From contig DF237050.1 in assembly GCA_000708835.1 (NCBI GenBank), positions 139,296 through 203,295 on the forward strand: a DNA stretch of 64,000 bases, written 5' to 3'. Positions 25,224-39,600 of this stretch are shown here, piece by piece. Below the pieces are notes generated by a model. It saw nothing but the letters and a program-made list of their open reading frames with translations. It did not search any database and was not told the origin of the DNA. A program made the translations under genes and the position numbers. Source of the DNA: Klebsormidium nitens. Its lineage: Eukaryota; Plantae; Klebsormidiophyceae. How positions within the stretch are numbered: the stretch's first letter is position 1; the number at the start of each line of letters is the position of its first letter.

Positions 25224-28200
25224 ATGGAGTCAATTGCTCCCGCTGGTCACTTACTCGGTGGCCAAGTGTTGCGCCTGTGCAAGTTACAAGGGCTAGATCT
25301 GGAGAAAGACCGCCCTTGCCTTGTGAAGGAGGTTCCAAGCTCTTGGTTGTCTTTGCAAAAAAGCAGCAAACCGTGTAGAAAGTCTGGCGCCACTGCAGCC
25401 GCTGGCACACATGGGGCAGAAGTATGGACTATGAAGCCACTCGTGGTTGGTATTGGCATGAGCTCAAGTAGGAAGGATTTGGCGGGAAAGGGCTCACGGG
25501 CCTCTTCAATGAAAACTGATCGCATCAAATGCAGGTAAGACGCAGAATGAAAAAGAAGTTCTGATCTGCAAGTATGTGTTTCTTGATCCCGTATCACAAG
25601 ACACATACTCATAAAAGTACGTTGGCTCAGAGATAAGATAGCTAATATCACTTCGCTGCTTTTCCAAACGAGTATGTGTTTACCGTGTGTTTGGGAAGGC
25701 TGTTCTTCTTTGCCACCAGCTCGGTGGTCGTTTTGAAAGTATCCTGAACCTGCACAGATCCGCACAGACCAAATCTCTTTGATTTCCTGTGTCATAGAAC
25801 TAAGAGCATTCTCTATCCAGAGCTGCTATCCTGTAGTTCATTCTTTTCATTAGAAGAGGGGCTGTGAACGCGGTCGCTTCTGCTTCTTATTAAAAGCCTG
25901 CACAGATTCGAAATTGAGGGAGCAGTTTCAATCGAAAACAAGAAGAAAATCACGATCAGAGCACAACTGGTCACATTTCAGCCCAACATCACTGTTCAGA
26001 CGGCTGATGAAGGAAACAGGATACTTTGGCACGCCGACCTTTCCTATTGCAGCTTCTCAATTCCCACCATGTAACGGGCCCTTCAATAATCGTCCCCCCC
26101 AATAAGCGTAGTTCTGCCTCTTGTGCAGCGCATCTGCTCAGCCAACCAGAGCTGTGGGCAACGACAATGAGGAGGCATATCGTCGAACCAAAAGCCTCCT
26201 CACATCACTGTCGCAGAGCATGGCGGACCTTGAAAATGAGATGTCTGTGCAGCAGAAGGTAGGAGAGCCGATGCTGTTTGCACCATCAACTGATAGAAGG
26301 CCAGCCGACACACACTGACTCCGGCGGCTAGTGAATCGTCTTTGAGGACTCATGTTTTCTCCTTGATTGCAACCTGAGTCCCGCTGCATTCATTTGTACA
26401 TCCGACTTAACATCTGATTGTAAATCTAGACGAGATCGTTGGAAACCCACGTCATTGCAGGAACTGAGTGATACCTCCGCAAGGATCGACGAGATCATTA
26501 TGGGCGAACCAGGCGCACTGCCTGAATACAATGGGTCGTTCTTTCCCCCATCTGAGGGTGGACAGCGGGACGTCGACATGGCACTGCGCCAGGAGCTGCA
26601 GCGTGAAAGTCAAGCTGTGGCCCAGTCAGAGGCGGAGATCAAGGACCTAAGGGCAAGGCTGCAGCATGCGCAGAAGCTGAGTGCGCAGGCGGCAGACTTG
26701 CAGAAAGCGGTGGACGAGAGGGACCTGCGGCTAGCAGCGCTCGCAAAGGACCTCTTGGAGCAGAACCTGACCAACGAAGAGAAGGCCCAGAAGCAGGAGG
26801 TAAGTGGCGCTCGCTAGGATGCGTCATCAGTGTGGTTCAATTGACTTTTGAGGAGGAAGAGTGGGCATCTTGGCTTCCGAAGGGAACTTTAATCACCTCC
26901 TTCAATCAGACAAGAGACCCGTCACCTCAGGCGGTGTGCAAGAGGCTTCAGGTGGCAATGCCGGCACCGTAGCGGATGCGGCAGTAAGTCGTCAGGAGAA
27001 GGTTGAGAAGAGGCAGACTTTACTAAGAGGGCTATGTTGAGATATGCTTGTATCACCCTCTTTCTCGCTAACACGTTTTTTTCTCCGACGTGCGCAGGCG
27101 CTGCATGCCGCGGAGCTGCGCATTGCCGAGCTGACCACGGAGACGCAGCGGCTGCAGGAGGAGATTCAAACTAGGGATGGCCTCATGGCACACATGCAGA
27201 AGGAGGCGGCGATGAGTACCAAGACACTGCAAACCGCCGCCAAGGTGAGCAGTATCTTCTGCTATCCCTTATACTGCAACAGACTCCCTGCAGCGGTCAG
27301 GGACCGATTGCGGTTTTCGTACGCAATCGGTCGAAAAATTGATGTAGGTTCTTAGCTTCGCAGAAGAAGCTCTGGAACGCTTCTGCACCTTCATGTGCCA
27401 GTACTGGAGTCATTACGACTGCGTCTATGAAACGCTTTATGAGGCTGGATCATATAGGTTGGAGATGTCGGTCAAGTTGCTCTCTTAACAATTTCGTGAT
27501 GCACCACATCAACCACAAGGGCAGAACTTTCACGTTGTGTCTGCACGTCATCGTTTCGTCTCACTCACTGCCCAGGCTATTGCCAACGTGCGCGAACACA
27601 ACGTGCTGCTGGAGACCGAGTTGGAGCAGCAGCGGCAGCAACTGAAAGAGAGTCGGGACGAGCTCGGCAAAGTGCAGCGCCAAATGGCGGAAAAAGAGCA
27701 GGTGTGTGTGGCTGCCGTTTTTGAAAGCCAGTCGCCGTCTTTGGCTCATGCATCTTCGTCATGCTGTATAGGCAAGCTCGTTTGCTAGTGAGGCATTATG
27801 AAGGCGACCTTCGCCTGGATTTGTTTGCTCTGAGAGTAGGGCTTAAACTATGCTTCAAACAAGTTTGACGTAGTTCGGAGCACCAATAGGACGGCGACCA
27901 GCTAATCAAGGCGAGTGCCATCTGATCTGGTGTCTGCTTGACCTCCCCGTCACCTGCTGTTGAAGGCGTCAACGTGGCACCGCAAGTGTTAAACTACCGA
28001 ACATGCATTCGTCTCGTATCTCAAATCCTTTTCCCTGGCCTCGTGACATTCTGCATCCTGTCTTCAAACTGACTCCCGTTGCCCCCAGGCGCTGCAAACC
28101 GCGGAGCATCGCATTGGCCGGTTGGAGCAGGCCATGCACGAGCTGGACGCCAACCTGGAGCAGGAGAACCAGGACAAGCAGATTGCGCAAAAGCAAGTCG

Positions 28201-31200
28201 CGAAGTCCAAGGAGGTGAGAGCGAGGCAGAGAGCGACATAGCTTTTGACAGGGAGATCGCCAGAGATTACTTTTATACCTAGGCCTGAAGTGCCTGGGAC
28301 AGCAGGCCGTCGATCAAAGAGTCAAAGCGATTGCGCCTTCCTCATCAAACCGTCATCGTGGAGTTCGTCCTCAAACTCATTCTATCTTCTGCGCCTGTTT
28401 GCTGTACACATTCGGATCTCGCAGAGCGTGTATCTAGGCCAGTGTTTCCGTAGTTTGGAGCCGAACGGTCGGTGCGGGTGCGTGCAGGAGGTGATCCAAG
28501 CACGGATGAGGATCAACGAGTTGACGGAGAAGATGGGCGGCCTGGAGAAGCAAGTGAGCCAAAAGAACGCCTCGGTGGCGCAGCTCAAGAACCAGCAGGC
28601 CAAGACGTCGCTCGCACTGGAGCAAGCCAACCAGGTGAGCCGCCGCGGCCGAGGAAACGAGCAGTTTGTCCAAAACAAAACTCCTCTGGTTGATACAAAT
28701 AAGGTGCAAACCGCACAAAGACGTTTACTCCGCCTCCATTCGCTGTAAGATCTGGAAGGACAATGTGATGAATCTGTCGGTTTACTTTTTTGACGGACAT
28801 ATTTTGATCTGGAGTCCGGGTCAATCCTTGGATGATTGACAAACGCTTCGAGAGAAAGCCGTCAGTGCTTGCAACTTATCGAACCAACAAGTGGTGTTTC
28901 TTCCTGTGTGCTGAGCCCTCCCTCTGGCTACGTCTGCAGTCGCTCCAAGCGGCCCAGAGCCAGATCCAGTCGCTGGAACAGCAGATGGTGAGGGCGCAGG
29001 AGGCCCTCAAGGAGGAGGTGGAGGCCAGCACCAGCGCACTCAAGTCGGCCGCCTCCAGGGAACAGGCAAGTCTTGCTGCGCTTTTAGCCTTTTTGACTCG
29101 TGTCGTTCTTCCCGGCTGCAATCTGAGGTTTGGCGCAGCCACCAGAAGAGCAATGTTACTACGGAACGCATCTGTCTTGTGACCGTCAAGCGATGCATTG
29201 CGTCCATAACACGATGCTCCACATCTCCATAACTAGTAAGATCTTTCAAGCAGTAGAGCCCGCAGTAAAGCTTGTTGAAGAAGGAACGTGCTTTTCTCTC
29301 CCTGTCAGGCGCTTCGGTTGTCCGAGGGGCGTGTGCGCGAGCTGGCGACGGAGAACACGACGCTCAAGGCGCAGGTGGCGAGCAAGGAGAAGACGATGGA
29401 GGCAGTGCGCGAGGAGACGCTCAAGAACGCGGACATGCTCATGACCGCACAGAAAACACGGAAGGTCAGGCCTGATCTGCGCTCAGGAACTCGAAAGGCA
29501 GGGGACGAGCCCTTTGGACTACCAAAAGAAGAATGTGTTCAAACCTTCGATAAAGCAGAGGAAGAACCAGCGAACTGTCAGGCGATGGAAAACGCATTCT
29601 GGCCGGCAGCTTCATGCGTTTTTGGATTCTCCTGGAATTAAACGAGATGGGCTACTGGTAATAACATTTTTCAAAGATTCTCTCAACCGTTGATCAGGAT
29701 GTATCAAGCAAGAAATCCGTGAAGTCGACTGTGACGTCAGCCGCACACACACCTCGACAGAGACTCAACTACAGCACACATCGTTTCTGTGCAGAGTTTA
29801 GTCGAAGCCGAGGGGAAGCTGACGCTGCTGTCGCAGCAAGTGGCGTCGCTGGAGGACGAGATCCGGTCGCGGGACAGTCTCCTGGACGACATCAAGGCCG
29901 AAACGTTCAAAAGTGCAGAGACGCTCAAGATGGCCGCCAAAGTGAACCTGGTGGGAACCGTTACAAGTAACCTGTGCATGCTTACCCTGGCGTGCTGGTC
30001 ATGACAATAAGTGAAACACGCCCCCTCCTGCACGTAAGCATTCGGCTCTTGATTCGGACACCTGGCATCCCGCTTGTCTGGCATGGGTACTCTCGAAAGG
30101 CAGACATATTCTGGTCGCTTGTTACAAGTGTTCCGTATGGCGGTGCAGCTCCTGAACGAGACGCGGGAGCGGGAAGCCGAGTTGCAAGAAAATCTGGAGG
30201 AGAAGGATGACATCATCGGGGAGCTACAGCGGGAGCTCGCAGAGAACGCAAGAGCGGCCAGGGCGGAACAGGTGCGGCGCGTGGCGCTTCTGATGGCCCT
30301 CGGCGATCTCCCCTCTGCAATTGACATTCTTAAAAAGGCACAAAGAAATGAAAACTGTTGTGAGCGAGCATAGTTGAGGCTACTGAGTAGATTTGATCAA
30401 GCTTTCAGGTTTTTAACCGTGCAGCCCGATGAATCGACGATGTTCATCCATTTTGAGAGTAGTTCTTTGCCTTTCAATTCAGTTGTCGTCGCCAAATGCA
30501 CAAGTCTTCAAGTTTACAAAAAGGTACCCTCTGGCGTGCTATGCTCGCATTCTTTCTTACTTCTGTACCCTCCTAAAATTTAACTCTGGCAATGACTCTA
30601 TTCTCGACTCCTTTTCGCCGTCTCGAAGCCACCCTATGTTGTGGATTATACTCTTGGGAACGCCCAAAGTCAGCGAGTTACTCAGCCGCGATAACCGCAA
30701 GTCTTCTCACCGGTTTTCGGTGTCCCCTCGGCAGGCGTTGAGGGCAGCGGAGCAGCGGAGGCGGGAACTAGAGGAGGAGAACGAGGCGCTGCGGCAGGGG
30801 GTCAATGCGCGGGACCAGGCGCTGCGGAACATGGAGGAGGAGGTGGAGCGGAGCGCAGAAGTGCTGGACGCAGGGCAGCAAACCAGAGAGGTGACGGCCC
30901 ACCCGGCTTGCAGGCGCTACTCTTGTGGTTGTTTGGAAAAATGGCCTCGACCTGGAGCATACGAGTTGGTCTTCGAAGCGCTGATTGTTGGTCAAAACAC
31001 TTGGTGCAAACGCGGGACGTCGGATGCTAGAAAAACGGTTTCGAGTGACAATTACTTGAAGCACTTACATCCACCTACAATCGCTGGACCCGTATTCGGG
31101 ACCTCGGTCCAGCGAGCCAGCGGGATGGAAGACCAGGCATCTGCGACTGTTTGATTCTCATGGACGTGACTGTGCTCAGCCGTCAAGCATCGAGTCTGGT

Positions 31201-31735
31201 TGCCCTTGCAGAAGCTGCGTCGGCTGCAGGCGCGGACGGGCGATCTGGAGGCGCAGCTCAAGAGCCGGGATGCCAGCGTGGCCGCCCTCCAGAGCGAACT
31301 GACGGCGCTCAAGCTGCGCGCCAGTCACGCGGAGCAGGGCCGGCCGCAGCAGCAAGCCAACGCGGCGACCAACAACAGCCGGCCACTGGTGAGCAATTTC
31401 ACTTGCCTCGTAAATGAAAAAATAATCAAGTTTCGAAAGAGAGTCTTCAGGAGCAAGGTCGAAGTTTCGAAGCGATTGGCTTCATCGACATTGCTTCCTT
31501 AGAATCGTTCCCTTTGCAAGCAGACAGGGTTGCGTTATTGAACGCTTGCAGCTCCCACAGTCGTCGTCCAGACCCTATTTGTGGTTCTTCGACCCTTGGG
31601 AACTTCGGCATGCAACCGGCGCTGTCTCGGCCTTATATCTCTAACATGTCCAGCGGATCGCTGTTGCAGGGTGTGGCTCAAAGCATTTCGGACCTCGACC
31701 CCGCCCGTGAAGTAGAGCAACGCTGGCGACCCTAA
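25224..31735 (+). CDS. Long coiled-coil protein of unknown function, about 15 exons, many of them paralogous repeat exons
   Basis: Series of E/Q/K/L/A-rich phase-0 exons at ~26458, 27098, 27576, 28088, 28488, 28941, 29308, 29793, 30140, 30735 and 31211, bounded by CAG acceptors and GT/GC donors. The terminal exons are less certain. Confidence 0.75.
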
Positions 31736-32944
31736 GTGGTTGCGCATGCTCGGCAACCCAGATGAAAGACAGAAGCATGGCTCCTCGCGTTGAAGGTCTT
31801 GAGTCTAGATTGTTTACGCCTTGAGCCGCATCACGAGCTTGATATTTGGTTAGTGTAGCACGAGAGACGAAACGTCGGTAGGTATTGTCGGTTGAGCTAT
31901 ACTTGGATCCAAGGAGTCAAGAAGTTTTCTGGGCTGCACTGCGTGCTTCAAGGAGCAGTCGGTTCACACACAGGCCCCGCATTGATGGAGGTTGTACTGT
32001 CCCTCGCAAGAAGTACGTATACCCTTGAATACCAGGAGCTCCTTCTCCTCCCTTGCTTCATTATCTAGATCCTTAAATGTCAGGTGTTTTCTAGACTCTA
32101 GCTACTTATTGTACCTTGTAAACGATGGGACGAAGATTCTGGGCGCACGCCCTTGAGAAAGCGGATAATTGAAGCTTTACTAAGACCCTTTCCAAAGGTC
32201 ATCAAAAGAAGAAATAGACCCTTTTGGAAGGCAGTCAACAGGATTGCTTCGATCCAAGATCGAAGTTAAAGCATCATCCCATCCCGTGTTCGGCGATGGT
32301 CATGCACATGTATGTTTTCGTGCGTTTGATATTATGCATATACGTTAAGTGGCTTAGGTAAATTCAAAACCTTAAAATTTCTGCAAAGATCACTATTAAA
32401 TGCATGCAACGTCGCCGCGCAACTTCATCTTCTCATTGCATGCCCTCTCCGAGTGCATTGACCTCCGAATTCGTGTATCAGCTATCGAGTGCCGATTTTG
32501 TATGACATGGGTGCACATTTCCAGTCGCGCCCAAGGCATCACCATACCAGGTCGCGGAGGTCCATGCAATGCGGACGGAACTGCGTCTACGTGCATTTAA
32601 CATGCACTAAGAATGCGGATTGAGCTATCTTACTTATCTAGTCAACATGTATCGCAATCAGCGGCGCCGCCCAGCCGAATCGAACATGGTGTCATCAGCT
32701 CGAAGTGATCTAGCCGATTGCATCCACGATCATAAGCAATCGTTCGGTCTAACAAGGGCCTGAAAAATGTTGAAAGTTCCACTTGGCAAAAGGCCATGAC
32801 AGGCTGTACTTTCAGGTGCGCATCTGCTAGGTTGCTTGCAACATGGTACAGAAGTGGGCCACAAATGCACTGAACAACGTAGACGAGTTGACGCTTGAGA
32901 AGAAAAACGTCAAGTTTCTCCTCTTGTCTCGTCTCGTTTTCAAG

Positions 32945-35630
32945 CTAGGACCGAACATCGAGGACCCCCCGTTCTCTAAGAAGTTGCGCACCCTGACAAC
33001 TTGGCACCGTGGGAGATACGGTCACCTTAGTAAGCCAGCCAATTGAGTTCGTCGCTAGGACCATCAAAGCTGTCTCGACAGCCTCGCAGTCTCTTAATGT
33101 CAAAACACTGATACTTCTCGACTCGGCCAAGGACACGTAAACACCTTCAGTAAGCCTTTTGCACCCATCGAGGTACAGCGTCCGTAACTTTCTACACTCA
33201 AGCACCAGCTCCTCTATCAGGTCGTCAGTTACCGCATTCTCGCATCGTTGTAAGCCGAGAATCTCCAGACTCCCTAACCAGGCCAGCGGAGTTAGATTAG
33301 TGATGTTGTGGCAACTCTCCAGGATGATCTCGGTCAATCCAGGTAGCGACTTGATCAGGGCAACCAGTCCCACGTCGCCAATGGCCGTGTAGCTCAGATT
33401 GAGGGTCTCCAGCTTGGAACAAGTTGCTAACGACGCAAAGCCAATGTCGCTCAGCGAAGTACACCTAGTAAGGTTCAAGCGCCGCAGCGACGGAGCCGCT
33501 TGGGCAATGGCTTGGACTCCCTCGTCCGACACTCCCCTCACTGGCTGGCTAGATGCGAGGGAGAGCTCCGTGATTCTGCGTGTCCTTGCAGCAAGGTACG
33601 CTATGCCCTTGCTCGTGATTGCCGTCGAAGCGATCTCGAGACTTGCCAAGTTTGGGCAATTGCTTAAAGCCTCCACAGCTGAGGGATCGACTTTATTGCA
33701 CTGTACAGAGACTTTTTCCAAGTTTGGCGGGCACGCCCAACCAATCCGTTTCAGGACCTCAGCCCCTTCGCTGTCCGAAGGGGCTCCTTGCGAGTCGGAC
33801 TGGATTTTAAACACACGGAGCGTTCGGCAATGACCCGCAAGTGCTCTGAGACTGCCGACGTTACTGGAGAGCAGCTCCAGATGCGCTTCCAAGACCTCGA
33901 GCGAAAACCAGATACTCGGCAGCCCTCGTGATCGGACAAACCTGCCTAGCCGCAGCCGCTTCAATCTTGGACACCCAACGAGCTTGTTTAGCGTCTGCGT
34001 GACATCGAATCGTGTGTTCACAAGGCGAGCCCGGCCCATGTTTGTCCCCGGCTCGGGCTTGGGTGGCCTCAGGTCCAGCGTGACCTCCTCGAGTGACAAA
34101 CACTCGCCCACGCTAGCGAGACCCGGAAAAGAAAATTGGAAAGCGCCCACCAGAGAAAGTGTCCTCAAGTTCGTTGCTTTCTGCAGGGCGGACACTCCGC
34201 TGTCGCCAACCGCGCGACAGTCTTGAAGTTCGAGATGACGCAGCCTCTGCAAGGATTGTGAGATTGATCAATGATCAGGTATCATGCACAGATGTCCTGG
34301 GGAACCCGCAGATGCCTAGCAGATGCCGACCAACTGATGAGTACACGGCTTTGTTTGCATGAAATTGTGAATGTCTCTCAGACGAAGGGCAGACAAGGGG
34401 TCTTGTAATTGACGTTTTCCAAGACATTCCAGATTACAGATCTCTCGATCAAGAACCAAGTAAATTCAAATCAGAAGCGACAACGTACAGTCCGCAACGG
34501 TGATGATACCGAGGCAGATATTGAAACCATGACCATCTGGATTCCTGACCGAGCCACTAGCTGAAACCTTGCTTACCGGGCAATTTACGACCAAGTCTTC
34601 AATGTCGTTGTCCGTCAGCACTTGCCAAACGAGGCCAGACTGGTCGTCTCGGAAGCCCCGACCGTCTCTCTGAAACCAGGGGTTCGTGGGGAAGGCCTCG
34701 TAAGTTATGCAGACTTTCTCCAGCTGCTTGCAGGCCTGAAACACTGGCCCAAGATCCACAGGCTCCGCCACTATGACTTGGTGTAGCGAGAGTGTCACCA
34801 AATTTCTACACTGCGCTATAAGCCCCAGCTGACAGCTGGCGCCAGACGGAAGCGCACTCCACAGGGTCAACCTCTGCATATAAACGACAAGAACCGTCAG
34901 GAAACGCAATCTCGTTGAGTCATGGAAGACATGACGCAGACAAGGTGAATGCTTGTTGATGGGACCTGGAAGAGCTTTCCAGGCTATTGCGGCTTGGTCT
35001 GACAGCAACTGGATTGATCTTGAATGTCGGGCAGATTTTGCAATCGTGATGCAGGTGTGATGGCTGGAGGCTCTGACCTGCAAGGACTGTGGGAACTGCT
35101 GGCTTGCAAGCTTCAAGGCCTCCTCTGTGAGACTGTCTCTGCCAAGCATGATCGCCAGGGACACCACAATGCTGTCTCGCCAGCGGGGCTGCTGCGCATC
35201 TTCCACTCGCCTGGCCCCAAAAACATTAACGCTGGTGTTAGCCTCACACTTGCTTCAACGTTGCCCATCGTGACTCTCATTCATAGCAAAGTTAGGAAAC
35301 AATCGCTACACTTTCAAAGCGATCACTGGCCCCCACCACTCTCTTTTAGCAATTTACAGATACAACGAAGTTCCTGATTCAAGGATCACACAACCAGTCA
35401 GCGGGCAGTCAGCATTGTCTTGAGTGATCCTGACACACAAGATGCACAAGCTGGACGTACCTGAAAGCGAGTCGCTGTGGGACACTCTGAAATGCATGCA
35501 GCCAGCTTTTGTTAACCCTGCACGCTGCGTCCTTATCCACCGGCTCGTCCAGAAAGTGCAGGATGTGCGCCAGCAGATCTGTGCTGCCAAACACATCCCT
35601 CACACTCTCAAACCCGTCCTCAATGTCCAT
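32945..35630 (-). CDS. F-box/leucine-rich-repeat protein (FBXL-like), about 4 exons
   Basis: N-terminal F-box-like VRDVFGSTDLLAHILHFLDEPVDKDAACRVNKSW. The 435-aa terminal exon has cysteine-containing LRRs, e.g. LRRLNLTRCTSLSDIGFASLATCSKLETLNLSYTAIGDVGL and LRTLYLDGCKRLTEGV. Confidence 0.85.
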
Positions 35631-35759
35631 TATAAGTTAAATGGAAACCCACTTCGCCTGGCCCAGCTCAAAGTCTGCTTGTCATGCCCTCTAGTAGGCG
35701 GCGTCCTCGTTCCAAAAGGGGCCATGTCCCCAGCAAGCGGCAGCAATCCCGTTCCTGCT

Positions 35760-35930
35760 CCGAGCTGATTCTGAGCCAGCTAGCGCCCCGGCCCAGACTC
35801 CCCCGGCTGGGTGCGCGCGGAGACCGCGTCGGGCAGTACGCGGCCAAGCGCGGCCGCCACATTGTCGCGGCCGGGCGGCCGGCCGTGCGGATCGCGCCCG
35901 CGCGGGCCTGCTGCAATACCGCGACGGGAA
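35760..35930. promoter_or_regulatory. Very GC/CpG-rich patch in the divergent intergenic region between the F-box and YTH genes; possible core promoter
   Basis: Dense CGCG/GGCC/CCGG sequence 130-300 bp upstream of the F-box ATG at 35630. A regulatory function is inferred from position only. Confidence 0.3.
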
Positions 35931-36648
35931 TGCTTCGACCATTTTCGAAATCATCACGCCACTTTGACTAGGATGCGGGGCAGGCCCAAGGATCACTTGG
36001 TCAATGGTGGCTATCATGGTACCTGAGCCATTGATCAGGCGCAAGCGCTGGACTCGAGCCAAATGCAAGAGGGCGTCAGGAGCCGGGTCACGGGGCTGCC
36101 CCTTGCCGCAAAAAGTGGACAGCATGGAGCGGAGGCCAGCCTGCCGGCATGCAGGTTTGTACCTCATCCCCATCATCAATGCCGCTCTGAGCATGCGTGC
36201 AGCTTTGTTCTTTGATGCTTCATTGCTACGTGACAAATGCTAGTGTGTGTGAGTGGGTTTATGCAGAATGCCATTGAGGCAGCGTCACTGGGGAGTCTCT
36301 CAATGTTGTAGCACGTCGTGACGCCACCATTTTGAGGCAGTTTCTTATTCGCTCAAAGCTTGTCACTGGGTCCTGCAGCTATTGTTAGCTCTGGTTTTTC
36401 TCAATACCGCCTCAGTCAATTTTCGATCTATCTACAGGCGGATCAACTTGCACGTTTAGTTGCTTGATGGCAGGATAGAAGGTGGAGTAGGCTTCTTTGG
36501 GGCTGTAGCCCGGCAAACACTGCTCCACTTGATTGTACGAGAGTATTCAGCAGCTACACTGGTTTGGGATTAGGCAAGCTGGGGGCGCTCTTGTAAGGAC
36601 AAGGCAGCTCCGACGTGCTGCCGCAGAAGGAGCGTTGGACGGGCCGAT

Positions 36649-39600
36649 TTGATGGAAGAGGAGAAGCCGCTGGAATGGCGGAAGATAGTCGAGATTCTCA
36701 AGAGGAAGGGCAACGAATTGCTCGCTGCACAGGCGGCTCAGGCAGCTCAGCTGCCCCATGCAGCCTCCCCCCCCTCTCAGGAAGCTGCACATACCTCCAC
36801 AGAGCCACACTCTGCAGCGAACCCCTCCACAGCTTCCCTAGCCGAACCCCCCCAGCCCACCGGTGGTTCGGCAGCGCCCCCCTCCAAAAAGAAGAAGAAG
36901 AAGAAGAAGAAGCAGGCGGCAGACTCGGAAGAGAAGCACGAAGAGCCAGAGAGCAGCGAACCTGGCAAGCCAGCCGGCGGGCCCGTCACACCTCCCTTTG
37001 TCTTTACAGCGGGGGCAAATGGAGCGGACGAAGGCTGGGTGCAAATGCCTCTTGGAGGGCGTGCGGTGATTGGTACAGCTCCACCCACAACCAATGAAGA
37101 CAAGAGCGGCGGGGTGGAAAACGATGCACTCCCAGGCAATGCACGGGTCGATCCAGGAACAGCGGCTGAGGGTGAAGAAGCCACAAAAGCATCATTGCTA
37201 GAAGCGGCCACTGATAGAGTCACGCCCGGTGATGTCGAACACTCGGAAGAGGCCCCGGCTGAGCCGAAATCAAAGGTGAAGAAGAAAAAGAAGAAGGGCA
37301 AAGGGGGGAAGGGGGTTGGAACGGAGGGTTCTGCACCGGAAGCTGAGGCGGGCAGCTCTTTACAACCCCCCAGGTCAGATCCGGCGGGCAGCGCTGAGGA
37401 GAGCCCAGCACAGGACGAAGGGGCTGAGCGCAGCCATGCTTCAGCAGAGGCGGCTGGCAGTTTGAATCTTGCGGAAGATGAGCGAGGCAAACGCTCTGAA
37501 AAGGGCGCCCAGGAGTGGCCCCCTGAGCAGCCCACTGGGTGGTCTGACACCGAGGAGGTCCCCGACTTTGTGTCGGACTCTGGAGGGAGCGACGGCGAGG
37601 AAGGGGAAAGAGATAAGAGCGGGGCACCAGAACGACGGGAACAGGAGGAGATGAGCGGAGCACAGGGGAAAAGGGGGCCTGAGGACAGGAGCGATTGGGA
37701 GGAGCGGTCGGACCTGTGGGAGGGCGAGGAGGGGGAAGGGGAAACTCGGAGTGGAGACGAGCGGAAGAAAGACGGGGACGAAGAGTGGGGGGAGCTGGAA
37801 GAGGACGATGTGGAGCAGCTGCTGATGCTGGGCCAGCTTCGGGAGGTGAGAGCTGCCATTGGCTTCTTCATTGATGTTGGTCTCACCAAGCTAGGGCCAT
37901 TGAGTGAGATACGGGAGTCCGTTCGTTGAGCATGGCGTACAGTGAAATGCTTTGGTCTCATGTGTCGCATGCGACACTTGGATTCGATTTGACCAGTGCT
38001 TGAAGTAACATGCAACCTGGAATACGTGGCCAACAAGTGCGCTTGCTCTATGGGTAGAAATGATGTACTGTGAATTGTAAGTACTCTTCATGGGCTTTGA
38101 CAATGCCAGACGGGGCCACTCGGTGGCACCTCCTGGTTAAAATTGGCGAGTAACGAAGAATTGCAGACCCATTGTCTGAAGCAGCCTTCCTGGAACAAGT
38201 GCGTGCTTGATGGAAATGGAACGCGGGCTGTCCCTGTTGCACCAAGTCGGCATCATCCCTCATAGAGCAGTCGGAATACTTGTCGTGCAGTCCGCACGCT
38301 TGGCCACTTTTCTTGCTTCTACACAATTGAAAGGCCTCAGAAATTATCGTCAAGTGGTGTTGTAAATCGTTTCGAATTGTCCCTTGTCTGCTACCTCTAA
38401 ATCGTAAACCACTTCCGCAGGCTACGAAGACCTCAAAGGTCGCCCCAGCCCGAAAAAAGCGCCCGGCTCCTCCGGCCCCCCAAAAACCCACCCAGACACC
38501 GAGCAAACCTCCAGACACCCAGCAGCACAGACCCGCTGCCCCCCCGACCCCGTTCCGGCCCCGGGGATCCCCCTCCGAGCGTGTCGAGCTGCACCTGCCG
38601 GCCGGCCGGCTGATTGTGAACCGGGCGGACTTTGACGCGCGGCCCGCGACGGCGCGATTCTTTGTGATCAAGAGCAACAGCGTGGACGACGTGCACAAGA
38701 GCATCAAGTACGGCGTGTGGGCCAGCACACCCTACGGCAACAAGCGCCTGCACGCGGGGTTCAAGGAGGCGTGCGCAGCGGATTCTCCCGCTCAGGTGTT
38801 CCTGCTCTTCAGCGTGAACGCGAGCGGGAAGTTCTGCGGAGTGGCCGAAATGGTGAGGATCCCTGAGTAGCCGCTCCGATCGTCTTTGCTGAGAAACGGA
38901 GACGGCCATAATCTGCGACTTGCTGGCTCTTGGCCGCGCTTCTTCGCCCATGCTGGAAGGACGAACGTGTAGGAACGTTAGTTTCGCGAAGTCTGAAAAG
39001 CTCTGGAAATGTTAGATCTGAATTGTGCAGAGTCCTCTCCAGTGAGCTCGCAGTAGATTTTCCTCTCACTTTGTCCACGAACAAAGGTGATAGTACCTCC
39101 TTATATGTAACGCCTGCAAGCAAAAGCGTCTGGCTAACAGTGCAGGAAGCCCCAGCAAACAGCAGTATTTGCGTCTCTTCCAGATGAGCGACGTCGACTT
39201 CGACACCTCCGTGGACGTGTGGCAGGAGGACAACTTGTGGACGGGCCGCTTCAAGGTGCACTGGCACATCATCAAGGTGCGCCGCTCATCCTCCCTGCTA
39301 CAGACATGCGAAGCGACCCTCTTATCGGCCATGGTGTTGCAAAGTAATCCCCATAAGTGTGCACAAAACTCGCACAACCTGGGTCTACTCTAAAGGGTCA
39401 AAGAGCAGAGTCAGAGCACGTGCGTCCAATCTGACACCTCGCGAGGATCGAAGATTCAACTCTCGCCAAAGGTTTATTGAGTCTCTTCTCGGATGTGTCA
39501 AAGTGATCTGTCGCGTTCAATAACCCGGTGCTAAAACTGCCTCCAGCAAAGCGCCGCCAGGTCTGACCCCGCATGGTTTCAGCAGCACGTGATCTCAGTA

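Noticed and set aside
35691-36236. 181-aa minus-strand ORF upstream of the F-box gene
   Set aside because: No recognisable motif, and it spans a GC-rich patch where stop codons are rare by chance; more likely UTR or promoter.
36887-36911. (AAG)n microsatellite
   Set aside because: It simply encodes a poly-Lys tract (possible NLS) in the YTH gene's first exon.
36777-38036. 419-aa Ser-rich minus-strand ORF
   Set aside because: Antisense shadow of the GC-rich, acidic first exon of the YTH gene; no independent motifs.
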